A DNA stretch of 64,000 bases from Felis catus. Taxonomy: Eukaryota. The position numbers were made by a program, and so were the translations under genes. Under the pieces are notes generated by a model. That model ran no database searches. It had not been told where the DNA came from and worked only from the letters and a program-made list of their open reading frames with translations. The stretch's first letter is position 1. The number at the start of each line of letters is the position of its first letter. The DNA is taken from assembly GCF_018350175.1 (NCBI RefSeq), contig NC_058383.1, positions 10,728,001-10,792,000 on the forward strand, read 5' to 3'. Positions 48,815-62,778 of this stretch are shown here, piece by piece.

Positions 48815-50051
48815 GTAGAGGGAAGGTAAGTCACTTATGGATCCAGCCCAGCGAGGCGGACAGTCTGCTTCATCCCTGGCTTTTCCATGTGCGCCCGGGG
48901 CCGGTCATCCGTCCAGTGCTGGCTCCAGGCCCCATGGGGCACTGGGGATTGTCTGCTGTTTCCCTTACGTGTGTGTGTGCGCGCGCTATGTGTATTTCCG
49001 GCTGTGTGGCATGCTTTGGCGAAATGCCTTTGCACATCAATCTTTGCGTTTCGGGTAATTTCCTCGGGGTAGATTCATAGACATGAAAGCTCTTCACAGG
49101 GTGGGGCCTCGGTGCAACAGCCTCTTGAGGTCTGTCAAGCCCGCCTTCCTGTTGTCCGCTGCCTCCCTGGGGATTCCAGTTCCCCCACGTCGTTTTAAAA
49201 CTTTGTGTTGAGAAGAAAAGCTATTTGTTGTGAGTCAACAGCTCGATAAGTTTTTAGAAACCAGTTTACCCAGGTAGCAGCCCAGATCAAGAACAGAACA
49301 TTCCCAGCTCCCAGAAGCCTTCCATGCCTCCTTCCAGCCACCCTCCTCCACCCCCCTCCCCCCGCAAAATGACCACCATCCTGACTCCTAATGCAGGGGT
49401 TCGGATGTTTTTGAGACGCACGTAAATGGACCCCTACGGTGTGACCTTCCACTCCTGGATGCTTTCATAGTATTTGAGAGACTCAGCCAGTGGTGCTGCG
49501 CCTACTTGTGGTTTGTTGATACGTCTGATGCCTTTTTCAACAGAGCAGGCCCCCGGGAGAACGCACTGGAATCAAGCACGTGCGGGCACTGCCCTACAAC
49601 CGGGATGCCTACCGTCGGAATTGTTGCCCATTTTCAAAGAAATCAAGTTGGTTTCCCTGAAGCACCTGCACCAGTGAATAGGGAAGGGTTTGCAACTGGC
49701 ACAGAGCAGTTAGGCGCACGGGAGAGCACGGTGGCATCACGTCCCAAACGTGCACTGGGTGTGCAGAGATCTGGGGTGCGGACTGTCCCCTCTGGGTTTC
49801 CCCGGATGCACATGGAAGCAGTTGGGTGAGGGGCCCCCACCCAGCTCTGCACGCTCGGACATCGTATGCTTAGAAGCGCTAAGAGCTGCTTTTCCAAAGT
49901 GGTTGAGGCTTGGTCTTGCTGTCCTGGTTCCATATTGCCTCCCTTCCTACCTACCCAAAGCTACCGTGAGCTGTCCTTGACCTCTGCCCGCGAGACCCCT
50001 CCCCCTCCCCCAGGTGACTTGTGGAAGTCTCTAGACTCTCTTTAAAAGGCC

Positions 50052-51150
50052 TTTTTTTTTTTTCTTTTTTAAGTTTGCTTATTTATTTTTGAGAGTGAGT
50101 GAGCCGGGGAGGGGTACTGGAAGAGGGGGAGGGAAAATCCCAAGCAGGCTGTGTGCTCTCTGCACAGAGGCAGACACAGGGCTCGAACTCATGAACTGGG
50201 AGATCATGACCGGAGCCAGAATCCCGAGTCGGAAGCTTGACCGGCTGAGCCACCCAGGCTCCCCACTCGTTAAAAGGTCTTGGTCAACAGCCGGCGTCCT
50301 CTTGCAGACCTCCAGGGATGGGGAACCCAATGCCTACGCGGTGTCCTGTTCTTCCACTCAGGGACGGCCCTCCTGGTTGGGAAGTGTTTCCTTGGGTCAA
50401 AGCAAAGCCCTTATCCCTGTGACTTCTGCTATGATGTCAGCAAGCCTGGGGCTGGTGTGGGACTTCAGAGCCAGTGACGGACTCGAGGCCCGGGGAGACC
50501 ATGCACATCCCCAGACCTGCTGTCGTGGGTGTTGCCCGGTTATGCTCAGTAAATGGCTGTTGTGGTTATTTAATTGGGGTAAAACACCCATCACGTAAAA
50601 TTGACCGTCACAAGCATCTTTAGGTGTTCAGTGCAGTAGAGTTAGGTACAATGACATTACTGTGCAACCGTCTCTGGAACTTTCTCATCTTCCCACCCTG
50701 AAACTCTGTCCCCAGTAGACACTAACTACCCCTCCGCCTCCCCCCAAGCCCCTGGCACCCACTGATCTGCTTCCTGTCTCTAAATACGACTGCTCTGGGT
50801 CCCTCATGCAAGTGAAATCATACAGCATCTGCCTTTTTGTGCCCAGCTTCTTTTATTCAGCATGGTGTCCTTAAGGGTCATTGTGTTGTGGCATATTGCA
50901 GAGTTTCCTTCCTTTTTAGAATTGTTACGTATTATTTGAAAAAAAAAAATTAATGTTTATTTTTGAGAGATAGAGACAGAGCACAAGCAGGGGAGGGGCA
51001 GAGAGAGAGACACACACAGAATCCGAAGCAGGCTCCAGGCTCCGAGGTGTCAGCACAGACCCCGACACAGGGCTTGAACTCATCAACCGTGCGATCGTGA
51101 CCTGAGCCGAAGTCGGATACTTAACCAACTGAGTCACCCAGGCACCCCAA
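50052..51150 (-). mobile_element. Can-SINE (50052-50263), L1MA-like 3' end (~50560-50930), Can-SINE (~50940-51150)
   Basis: Recognisable SINE bodies; L1 motifs cattactgtgcaacc...gaaactctgtccc...aagtgaaatcatacagcat. Confidence 0.82.
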
Positions 51151-52061
51151 GACGCAGGTCTCTTAAGAATAGAGTCTATTCCAACTAGTATTTCTTACCT
51201 CCCCCTCCACCTGCCCCCCCAACAGTGCAGTGAGATAGGTCTGACTTGCCCCATTTTACAGATGAGGAAAGCAAAGTTCAGGGAGATGAATAACTTGCTC
51301 ATTAGACTGGCCCTGGGGAAGGCAGGTCTTTCTTCAAATGGTGCCCAACACTGGGGCTTTTAAAAGTTTATTGGATCAATTTACTTTCACTTATTTACAT
51401 CCTACCTTATTTCAGGAGCGACTTAAAAGACTCCCACGGAAACATAAACTGTAGTCAGATCGGATTAAAAGGGCAGTAAAGTAAGAGTTATGGCTTACAA
51501 CGGAGCCGGAAGTGAATATAATTTGAAAACGCATACCGTGGAATCGGTTTCCCTTAGGAATGCGTTCAGTTAGAAGTAACCTGATAAACGGATTGGAGAA
51601 GGGAGGGGCTTGTTTTCTCCTGTAACCAGAACGTCTGGAGGTGGGCGGCCCATCCTGGGCTCAGGGACATCAAAGGAACCAGCACTCCGTTTTCTGGCTC
51701 TATGCTGAGCAGTGACTTCGGTCACTTTGGCCTAAAGGGGCAGCTGGCACCTGTTCCACGGGCAGGGGAGAAGAGGGTCACATGGGGGTCCTGCTACAGA
51801 CCCTTGGATTCTTGCTGTGGGTACCAAACAGGACACATGCTGTCTGCTCATCGATCGGAAAGGGCATCTCAGTCTGTTATCAAATAGACCAGGACACGAG
51901 AGCTAATGGGTGGCTTTATAACCAGTAGATGCTGACTCACTAGGACGCTTTGGTTTTAACCTTTTAAAAAGTGCGACGTCCAGTGTGGTAAGTTTTTCCC
52001 TGTGTATACACATGTATATCCAGCCACAGGGGAAAGATACCTCGTTAAAGGTGGCTTCAGT

Positions 52062-52380
52062 GGGGCACTTGGCTGGCTCGTCGACGGAGTGTGCAACACT
52101 TCCTCTTGGGTTTGGGGGTTCGAGCCCCATGTTGGGTGTAGAGATTGCTTAAAAATAAAATCTTTTTAAAAAAAACGTTTATTTTTGAGAGAGAGCAGGG
52201 GAGGGGCAGAGAGAGAGGGGGACAGAGGATCCAAATCAGGCTCTGTGCTGACAGCAGAGAGCCTAGTGTGGGGCTCGAACTCACGAACCTTGAGATGACC
52301 TGAGCCAAAGTTAGATGCTTAACCCACTGAGCCACCCAGGTGCCTCCCAAAATAAAATCTTAAAAAAAAAAAAAAAAAAA
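52062..52380. mobile_element. Short plus-strand Can-SINE with a minus-strand SINE inserted in its tail
   Basis: TSD AAAATAAAATCTT on both sides of the minus-strand element (~52165-52348). Confidence 0.85.
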
Positions 52381-53509
52381 GTGACTTAAGGATCGTGGAC
52401 ATTTACTACCTAACCCGAAGCCCAGAGGTTGGTAGATTCTGAGTCATGACAGGTCAGTCAGATTGTTTCACGGGTCTGTGCTGCTGTCCGCGTGATGGCT
52501 TCGCCTCCTGGGCCGGCTCCTCTCCTGGTCCCCACATGCTGTCGTGGCTGGGGGTGTCACACGCAGAAGAAGGAGGACATTTCTGGCTTCAGTCGTGCCC
52601 TGAGAGCAAGGAGAACTTCCCTAGAAGCCCCTCGAGTCTCAGTGGCCAGGATTGGGTGGCATGCTTCTCTTTAAACCGGTCGCTCCAGAATCCCCATGAT
52701 TCGCTGCCCCAAACACCTGCCTTTAGATGCCAGGACACAACGAGGGCTCTGTTCGCAGGGAGAAGGGGTCAGGGCTGGGGTTGGGACTCGGTGTCTGGAC
52801 CGAGTCTGGACTGCCTTGCAGTGCACCGCGGCCGACGTAAGACCCCTTCCCGCTGCCCCGCCTGGACCCTTCCTAGGCAGGTAGGAGTGGAAGTCAGGGC
52901 TTTGACCTGTTTTATTCTCTGCCAGCTGCTGTGATGGTGGACAGTGGGCGGGGGCAGGAATTCAGGGCCCCGCGCAATTCTGTGCCCACTGGGGAGCCCC
53001 TGTGATAAGAAATGAAGCGGGGGGAGGGGCAGGCTCCTGGGGAGGAGGGATGCCCCTACCCCCCCCCCCCCCCACCGGAGGAGAATCTCCTTTTTGTTTG
53101 TTCTCTCAAGCTTCTTTTTCAAGAAACACAAGCATATGGTGGCGGATGGTGTGGGGGCCGTGTTTGGGTTGTATCTGCTCTTGCCTTTGCCTTTTGCGTG
53201 GCTGAGTGCGTTTTTTCCCCACCTGCTCTTGAGGCCAGCTGGTTCCTAGGGCACTGAGACTTGACTCAGAGGCATTCTCCCGGCATCCAGAGAAATCCAG
53301 CCCTGTCCCGTGGTGGTTCTGGAGTTTCCAATGAGGAAAGGATTGCAGAACTTTCCGGCAAGTCCGGGCCTGAGCTTTGTAGGTCTGGGCTGAGGAGTGT
53401 ATGTGTGTGTGTGTGGGGGGGGGGGGGGTCGTGTGTGAAGGTGTGGACTAGGACTCCTAGGTGGGGCGTGAGGGGTGAGGATGCCCTGGATTCGTTTCCC
53501 AAATGAATG

Positions 53510-53925
53510 GCCGTCGACGTGGTGCCTTCAACCAACGAGAACTGTTCTCTCCCAGTTCCGGAGGCCAGAACCCAAATCAGTACCACTGGGTCAAAATCAA
53601 GGTGTCGGCAGAGCTGTGCTCCCTCCAGAGGCTGTATGCCTGGCCTCCTCCAACGTCTGCCGGCTGCTGGCATCTGTGGCCCGTGGCCGCGTCACTCACT
53701 CCCCGAAGCCACGCTTCTCATGGCCTTCTCGTCCCTGCGTGTCAGCTCTCCCGTCTCCTTACGAGGATACATGCGATGGCGTGTAGGGCCCACCTAGATA
53801 ATCCAGGATAATCTCCCCATCTCACGGTCATTAACTTAATTGCATCTGCAAAAGTGATTTCTCCATATAAGGTGACATTTACAGGCTGCAGGGATTAGGG
53901 CATGAGTGTCTTCTGGGGGCCCCTT
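53510..53925 (-). mobile_element. MLT1 (MaLR, MLT1B/C-like) solo LTR
   Basis: cagttccggaggccagaa...aaatcaaggtgtcggcag...tagggcccacctagataatccaggataatctccccatctca...ttaacttaattgcatctgcaaa. Confidence 0.82.
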
Positions 53926-54169
53926 TTGGGCCTGCTGTGAGTCTCTAAGGGCAAATTAGAGCAGCCATTCTTGGCTAATACGTGCCGGCTAGGAAGAGAA
54001 GGGCAAATGGAGGTTCCCTTCCTGTTCCCAACTCGGCTGTGTCTGCACTGGGCGGGGGGTGGGGGGGTGCACATGCACGCGGCACCCCAAACACGTATCC
54101 AAGCTCTAGCCGCCCTCGCAAACAGCTGCCCATCAGAGGTGTGCCTGCATCGGCATGGTGCGCCCGTGG

Positions 54170-54915
54170 GGCGTATCGGTTACCTACCGCTGCGTAACAA
54201 GTAGCCCCAAACTTAGCAATGTCAGACAGCCGTCATTTCGGATTTTAATCTCTCTCGGTTTGGGGCTTGGCTGCACTTGGTTTGATGGTTCTTGCTCAGG
54301 GTCTCCTGCATTGGCAGAAGCTGGCTGGGGTTGGGGTTGTCTCAGAGACTTCCTTACTCGCTGGCGGCTGCCCTGGGAGAGACCTGGGTCTCCTCAGGCA
54401 TCGCTGGACCCACCTGTCTACCACGGTGGCGTCAGGACAGCTGGACTTCACACATGTCGGCTCGGAGCTCCCGTGCTGAAAGTCTCAGGGAGAGAATGAG
54501 AAGCCTAGTGCCCTTTGGAACCTGGCCTTGGAAGGTCATGTGGCAGCACTGCGGGGGTACTCTGTTGGTCAGAAGCACGTTATTTTTTTTTTTATATATA
54601 AGATTTTTTAACGTTTACTTGTTTTTGAGAGATTGAGACCGAGTGTGAACAGGGGAGGGGCAGTGAGAGAGGGAGACACAGAATGTGAAGCAGGCTCCAG
54701 GCTCTGAGCTGTCAGCACAGAGCCCGATGCTGGGGCTCAAACTCATGAACTGTGAGATCATGACCTGAGCCGAAGTCGGACGCTTAACCGAATGAGCCAC
54801 CCAGGCACCCCCCAGAAGTGAGTTATTAAGGCCCACATTCAAGAGGAGAGGAACTGGATGTCTCTACTTGTTGGGAGATGTGTCAAAGAATTTGCTGTCA
54901 TGTTTAAAGCCACCA
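54170..54915. mobile_element. Older MLT1-like LTR interrupted by a minus-strand Can-SINE (54580-54812)
   Basis: gctgcgtaacaagtagccccaaacttagc start; aggcccacattcaagaggag...tgtcaaagaatttg end. Confidence 0.7.
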
Positions 54916-57900
54916 AGGGAGGACACGCCAGAGAAGAGGACCCCCAAGGGCCCAGGACGGGGATTTGTTTGCCCAGTGGACTCCAGGGGCCTGAGCACCT
55001 CCAAGGTATTCTGGGGGCACATTCATGCTCTGGGGGGGGGGTCCTCTCAGGCTGTCCCTCGAAGGGGGGCTGAGCAGGGCCCCCTCTGAAGGACAAGCCC
55101 AGGGTTTGGGGCTGAGTAGGGGACAGAGCACAGGGTGTCTCCCACTCGACAGTCTCAGAATCTGACCATGGTCTTGAAAGGGTCCAAGGATCTGCTCTGG
55201 CTCCCCTCCCAGCCTCCCCAAGGACCCCATGCCACATCCTGCCGGCCGATGCCACAGTTCCTTTGCCAGTGCTGCCTCCTGGCCAGAGTACTCCCCATCT
55301 TCCCCGCCCCCCCACTTCTGCTTGTCCCCTGATTCTTCCAGACCTGCATAAACAGCCCCTCCACCCCAGACACCTCTCCTGGCCCAGTTCTGTGTACTAG
55401 GCTGGTTCTTGGCAGGCCCAGGGAGGGAGGCACGCAGGAGCCGGCGGTCTCATGGGGGCCCAGATACCTCTGCGTCCTGGCAGAGGGAGAGCTGCAGGGA
55501 GGGAGGAAGAGGGAGCTGTGGGTGGCCAGCCAGGGGGCAGCGGGCCAGCCGGGAGGGTCAGGACCCGAGGCACTGATGTGCCTGACAGCCGCTAAGAGCG
55601 GGCCAGGCAAAGGGCAGGGGTGTCTCTTTTAAAGGGCATAGAGGTGCTGGTTCCCAGAAGCCAGAGGACAGGCGTGTCCAGGGGCCTGCAGGCTGGTGGG
55701 GGGGGGGGCATGGAGTAGGGGTGAGGTGTGGCAGTGACTCCGACAGGACCGTGGTCCCAGAGGGCAAGGCTTGTGTCCTGTTCATCCGTGTGCTCAGCAG
55801 GGTGGTGCTGTTGGCCTGCTGGGCTTTGGTTGGCGCCTTCTCTGTGAGGGTCTCTCTGCACCCCGAGGGAGTGCACCGTGCTGGAATTGGCCCCAGGAGG
55901 CCTGGCATCGAGCACACTCGTGTGTGCACCTGTGCGTGCGTGTGAGCGTGTATGAGTGTTTGAGTTACCCGTCCTCACACTCACCTCTGGGTCAGAGATC
56001 TGCTTGTCAGGTACACCCTCTCTTTCTCTCCCCCTTGCCCCATTCCAGCAAAGGCCACTGGGTGTCCACTCTAATCTGAGGGTGACACTCGCGAGTGGAC
56101 AGTGAGTACGACCAAACTCTTCCCTTTACTTCTGCAGCGAAGGCTGTGTATCTGCAAGATTCCTTGTGCCTCTCTCCACAGAAACCGTAATATCGTCTTT
56201 CCACTTGTGCTCCCAGAGAACTCCTATTCACCCTTCAAAACCCATCTCAATATTCATCAACTCAAGGAAACCGTGTGTGGAGACCCCCTACTCCCCCGAA
56301 GCGAAATAAACAGAAAATGTGGGTAACCCCCGTCCCCCATGTCAAGCTCTGTAGCCCGGGCGAGCTTCCCCTCCTGTCCTCATTTTATGGTCCAGTAATT
56401 GTAGACAGGCTGGCCCTGTGAGCACTAGGAGGGCAGGTGGGGCTGAGTCATTTCCAAGTCTGCCTAACCCGGGGCAGGCTCCCAGGAGGATTGAATAAAC
56501 AGGTTGGGGTGAAGGGAGGCCAGGGAAACATCCCCCCTCCCCACCCCCGCCACCTCTGGGGCCTCCTTAGAGGTAGCCAGGCCTCAGCTTCTGCCGGGCT
56601 GTTGTGGGCTAGCCCTCCCCTCCAAACGGTGCTCTGCCCGGGACTGAGGCCCAGCTGATGGCCAGGTAGGGGTGTGCCCTCTGTTCTGTCCCCTGCGGCC
56701 CAACTGGGTGGCCGGTGAGCACCCTTGGGGATCAGCAAGTGTGTGAAGGGGAGGGACGCCCACGTCCCTGATACAGAGGGGCCTGGGGCAGACCCAGCCC
56801 GTGGGGGTCCCCTCACTCGCCACTCCCTAGACATGCTGACGGTAGGAGGGCTGACCGCGTTTGTTCCTCGGTTCGCTCTCAGGCCCCCGGGGAACAGGCG
56901 ACCCTCCCCGGCTGGTGGGCCGGGCCATGTGCTGTCACCATGGCCAGGGGCTGCTCTTGCTCCGCCGGGATTGTGCCCACGCCGTCTCCTTCCTCGCCCT
57001 CCCGTATCCGTTCCACGCTGCACTCTGTCTCAGACACGTACCGTCACACCTGCACACCTACTGACACTCCTGATTTCTTAAGCGTGAGCTGTTCCGGCCC
57101 CGGCAGACTCGAGGAGGAAAGAGAGAGGAGGCTGTGGATTCCCAGGGCTCGGGGGGTTAGGCCCACTTCCCGCGGGCCCAGCCGGGGTCTCCTTGCCTGC
57201 GCCTTCCTGGGCCCCACGGGCCCTCGTCTCCCTGCCGGCCAGGCCGGGCCCACCGATCTGTCGGCATCCCAGAGGGAAGTGGCCGAAGGCTGCTGTCACG
57301 GAGTCCCCGATTCGGTCGGGGTGATCTGGGCCGAGGCCCCGCCTTTGCCACATCCCGGCCCCGGGGCTGACGGTCAGGGTGCTCGAGGCTCGACGTCCTG
57401 TTCTGGAAAGTGAGGGCGGTCGAGAGGATTAACCAGACATCGGGGTCTAACCCTCCTGGGTACTCAGGAGGCAGCCACGTTGCTCTGTTTACTCCCCTCT
57501 GCTGAGCCCCTGGCAGAGAGTGGCGACCCGGCCCCGTATCTTTGACACTTGCTGTTTGGGGCCCGGGTCCGTTTGGGCGTCCCCTGTGTGTTGCTCTGAA
57601 CCCCTGGGCCCACGGTGCGGAAGACTGGTACCTGAGCCCCTGCCATCCAGTGCACAAGCCCTGCCCCAGTCTCTCTCCGCTTGCCTCCAGCCGGGAGCCT
57701 GGCCGGCCCCACGGGTCTCTTCGGCCACCTTGCTGGCCTGTCACCATGCCTGGGGTTCCACCTGAGCCCCGTGCATCAGAATTAGAGGAGTCCCGCCCCA
57801 AGTAGGAGCAAAAAGGGACTGTGTGTGCCAGATGTCCCCAGTGTCATTCTGGCTTGGTTGCTCCCTTTTGAGCAGGAAGGTCCTAGAGGACTTGGTTTCT

Positions 57901-58153
57901 TTGCCCTTAAAATGGGCAGAGTCCCCTCCCTTCTGCCCGCTCCCTGGACAGAGGTCACAGATGTCAGGGTGCTTGTGAATGGGACGGCAGTGTCCGAGGG
58001 GGCCCTGGTGGGCAGCTATGTCGGTGGTCATGAGGGTGACCTCTGGGAGAGGAGGAGGGAGTTGGTGGCAGAAGCAGGGCAAGGAGGGGGAGGGAGAATG
58101 GGGGCGTGGGACCCTCAGATGAGGGGCATCCAGATGCTGGTGGGGAAGGGGAG

Positions 58154-58600
58154 ATTTACTTACTTTATTTATTTATTTACATGTTTATTTTGAGAGAGAG
58201 AGAGCAGGGGCGGGCTGAGAGGGGGACAGAGGATCAGAAGCGGGCTCCGTGCTGACAGCAGAGAGCCTGGTGTGGGGCTCGAACTCATGAGCCATGAGAT
58301 CGTGACCTGAGCCAAAGCCGGACACTTAACCGACTGAGCCACCTAGGTGTCTGGGAAGGGGAGGTTTTTTTTTTTTTTTTTTTTTCTCGTAAATTAAAAA
58401 AACAAGTTTATTTATTTTTGAGAGAGGGAGAGAAAGACAGTGTGAGTGGGACAGGGGCAGAAAGAGAGGGAGACACAGAATCTGAAGCTGGCTCCAGGCT
58501 CTAATCTGTCAGCACAGAGCCCGACGCGGGGCTCAGACTTATGAACCGTGAGATCGTGACCTGAGCCGAAGTCGGACACTGAGCCCCCCTGGCGCCCCCC
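58154..58600 (-). mobile_element. Two tandem Can-SINEs in a triplicated target site
   Basis: GGAAGGGGAG at 58144, 58354 and 58602. Confidence 0.9.
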
Positions 58601-59591
58601 AGGAAGGGGAGTTTTAAGTGGGCAGGGCTGGGGGTTTATCTGCAGCCCTGACTTTTTTGCTCACATACCCCCTCCCACCTCCGACCCCATCAGCCACTTC
58701 GGCCAGCTCTTGCGGTCATTGTGGGAGGTCAGGTGCCCGGGAGAGCAAGCTGCTGTCTCCCCAGGCATGCAGGCCATGGGAGGCAGAAAGGGCGAGCGCA
58801 AGGACACCCCCCACGGAGCCTCCCAGCTGGCCTGCTGTGCCCAGTGCAAGGTGTTTGGGATCGGGGTCCCCAGCTGAGGGTGCTCTCTGCCAGCGCTGGC
58901 CCCCGAGGCCTGCCGGGGTGGGTTTTCTGGGCCCGACTCCCATTGGGTGCCTGCCCACTGGAGACAGGTCTGCCTTGGGTCGGGGCAGTGGTGACTCAGA
59001 CAGGGACACAGGCGCTTGGCTAATCTTTGGCTCAGAGACCGGGCTGGCTCCAGCTCTTTGGCGGCCAGCAAAGCCGCTGCTGTCTGGGCAAGGGAGTCCC
59101 CAGCTGCGGGGGACGTGGGCAGCAGGCAGGGAGAGCAGAGCTGCTGGGAGACTGGAACCGTGCCCGGAGATCATCCAGGCCCTACCTGGCTGTGGGTCAG
59201 CCTTGCCCGGGAACTTAAAGATACAGTGTCCCCAGCCCAGCTGCTACCTGTCGCCTCGGGGCTTCTAGGGGGCGGGAGGCTGGGATCACAGATACAGAGT
59301 GGTGGGGCAGGTGTCTTCCCTCTGTCTCCGCCTCTTAGTGACCGTTCCCTGTGGCCCACACCTGGTCTTCAGACAGCTCAGGAGAGTGCCTTCCTCCTGT
59401 CCTTGAGGTCTCCCTGGACAAAGTGGTCCTGTCCCCTCTCCCGGGACCCCCCAAGCCTGCCTCTCACCTTATTAGGTAAAATTGATTTTTTGGACCTGGG
59501 GCCTTCGGGCCAGGACCTACTGGCCATCCCTTTGCCTCCCTGTCTGTGTCGTCTCAGCAGCTGGCAGGGACGTTTTAGTCCCTGTGTCGTG

Positions 59592-59702
59592 GGGTGACCA
59601 GCTGTCCCAGTTTGCCCCGGACTGAGGGGTTTCCCAGGACAGGGGACTTTCTGTGCTCAAGTCAGGAAGGTTCCAGGCGAACCAGGGGACGTTGGTCGCC
59701 CT
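59592..59702. mobile_element. MER94/MER81-like hAT-Blackjack MITE
   Basis: Terminal inverted repeats GGGTGACCA and TGGTCGCCC; internal gtcccagtttgccccggactgaggggtttcccaggac. Confidence 0.75.
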
Positions 59703-59789
59703 CCCTGTGTATCATCCGTGGAGTCCATCAGTTGATCTTTCTGTTCCCCGAGTCCTGGTGGGTGAGAGGAGCACAGTCCCCCCCGCCAC

Positions 59790-62747
59790 TTCTTTATTTA
59801 GTTTATTTATTTATTTTGAGAGACAGAGCACGTGGGGGAGGGACAGAGAGAGGGAGGGAGGGAGAATCCCAGGCAGGCTCTACACTGTCAGCACAGATCA
59901 TGAGATCATGATCATGAGATCACGACCTGAGCTGAAGTCAGATGCTCAACCGACTGAGCCACCAGGCGCCCTTTACCACCTCTTGAAGACAGGACCAGGC
60001 TTGAGGACAGACAGACAGACCTTATCCCTGCTACCCACTGACTGGGGGCCTCGGGCAAGCCCCTTCTGCGCCTCTGCGTTGGAGGAGGAAGTAAGCAAAG
60101 AGGGTTAACTCACCACTGATGCCCCGCCACAGAGCAGTGTCCAGGGGCACCGATGCAGGCTGCTCAGAGGAGTACCTGTCCAGGACACCTGTCTGAGCCA
60201 GCAACCTCTGTCAGTTTCACTTCCTGGACTGTTCCTCTGATCCAAGTACATCCCGCATTGTAGTGTCCCACATTGCCCCCCCCCCCCTTTTAATTTTAGT
60301 TTTCTGAGAGCCTGGCAAGCCCAAAGTTGTCACTCTGTTTATAGCTTGTGAGCGTCCCAGTTCCTGCCTGACGTGGCCGACTGTCACACCGGTTAGTTCC
60401 CCGAGGATTCAGGGCGTGCCCATGAAAACCCGAGCAGGCGTTCGAGGCAGTGGGCACACCGTAAACCCAGCAGGCATGGCCCTGGCCTCCCAACGCTCAC
60501 GTTCCTGTTGGGGAAGTCGGGTGAGAAACACACGAACGGGTCCCTTCAGATCGCAGCAGGTTCTGTGCGGAAAATAAGAGACGGGGAGCCAGGCGCCTGG
60601 GTGGCTCAGTGGGTTAAGTAACCGACTCTAGATTTCGGCTCAGGTCCGGAGATGGGGTGCGGAGACTGCTTGAGATTCCCTCTCTCCCTGTTTCTCAAAG
60701 AAAGACAAAATAAATTTATAAAAAAAGAGTTGGGCAATCAGTGGGGTGGGGGGGGCTGCTGTGTGGTCTGTGTGGTCAGGGGCTGTGCACAGAGGAGCTG
60801 GGGCTGGTGGAGCGGGAGAAGCCGTGGGAGTTGGAGGCCTGGAAAAGCCTGCTGCGCAGGGGAACCGCAGGCAGGAGACCCGGGGAGGGGAGTGCAGGTG
60901 GCAGGTGAGGGACACGAGGGGGAGGGAGCCAGAGCCCATTGCAGAGGGGAGAGGGCCGATGGGCCAGAGAGGGCAAGTGGGCCCAGGTCACATGGGGTAC
61001 GCGCTCAGGGAGGTGTTCTCTCCACTCTTCTAAGCAGGAGGGCGGCGTGAGAGCGATGTGGCTGCTGTTTGCAGGAGGGACCATGGGGGCAGGAGAAGGG
61101 CGGGGGTGGGGGGACAGCGAGGGGTTCATTGCCGAAGCGTGAGCAACTGAGGGTGGTGGCCCGGGTGGTCAGGTGGCCCTGGTGGTGACAAGAAGCAGGC
61201 AGATCTGGGTGCTTTCTGGAGCCACAGCGGCATGATTCTCCCCCGACTGTTTTAGAAACGAAGAGGGGCGCCTAGGTGGCTCAGTCAGTTGAATATCCCA
61301 GGACTGATTTTGGCTCAGGTCATGATCTCACAGTTTGTGGGTTCGAGCCCCACATTGGGCTCCATGCTAATGGTGCAAGCCTGCTTGGGATTCCCTCTCA
61401 AAAATAGCTAAACGTTAAAATTTCTTTTAAAAATAGGGGTGCCTGGGTGGCTCAGTCAGTTAAGCATCTGACATAAGCTCAGGTCATGATCTCATGGTTC
61501 GTGAGTTCAAGCCCCGCATCAGGCTCTGCGCTGATAGCTCAGAGCCTGGAGCCTGCTTCGGATTCTGTCTCTCCCTCTCTCTCTCTCTCCCCCCCCCTCC
61601 CACCCACCCCTGCCATAAATAAATAAACACTGGAAAAAAAAATTAAAATTTTTAAAAACAAAAAAAGAAATGAGAGAGAAGGGAGATGAGGACGAGGCCT
61701 CTGTTTGAGCCTGAGCACCTGGGCGGATGGCCGGGAGAGGCAGGTCTAAGCAGGGAAACACGGGGCCTACTCCGTTTAAGTTGCTTGTTAGACGTGGAAG
61801 AGGACAGGTAGGGAGAGAGAGAGAAGCCCAGAGTCACCAGCCTGTAGGTGACATTTAAGCCAAAACATTGCAGCGAGGGGCAGAATTGGAGGGGGGAAGA
61901 GGAGGGCGGGGGGGGGGGGGGGGCGGGGGACTGAGCCTGAGCCCTCCTCCTGGGTTAGGTTAACAGTCAATGCCAGCAGTGTGAGTGGCCAGGAGGTAGG
62001 AGGAGAATCAGGTTGCCGGCACCCTGGCAGCCTCTAGAGACGAGTCTGTCGAAGGAGAGGAGAGAGACAGAGCTCGTGGCCTCCGCGCCCTCACAGGCCT
62101 CCTCCATCCAGGAGCCCGAGGGCGGCTGGCAGGCCCTCGCCGCTTGTGCCCTGCTTCTGGGGCCAGCCACCTGTCACCTGAGGCGTCCCTTCTGGTGTCC
62201 CCTCCTGGGGACCCCAGAGCAGCTCTTGGCTGCCTCCAGCCCGGCTCGGCCCGGCCCTGGCCGCCAGTGCTCGAGGGCTCCAGCTGTGGCTTCTGTCCTC
62301 ACCACGGGCCCCCGGGCCCCCGGCGTCTGTCCTGTTTATGCCAGGCACTTGCCTCCTGCTTTACTACTCTCATCTTCGTATTCTCTGTTCTGTGTAGTCT
62401 GTTGGTTTTATTGAGTGGTTTTCTCCCCGCCTCGGGTTAGAGCCAGCCCCCCACCCTACAAACGAGGAAACTAGGCGCGATGCCTGGGTGGCTCAGTCAG
62501 TGAAGCGTCCAATTCTTGATTTCCGCTCAGGTCATGATCTCATGGTCGTGAGTTCAAGGCTTACATCGGGCTCGGTGCTGACAGGGCGGAGCCTCCTTGA
62601 GGTTCTCTCTCTCTGCCCCTACCCTGCTCGCTCGCGCTCTCTCTCTCTCTCTCAAAATAAATAAACCTTAAAAAAACACTTAAAATTTTTTTTAAAGTTC
62701 ATTTATTTTTGAAGGAGAGAGAGTCAGAGTACGAGCAGGGAAGGAAC

Positions 62748-62778
<31 letters not shown>

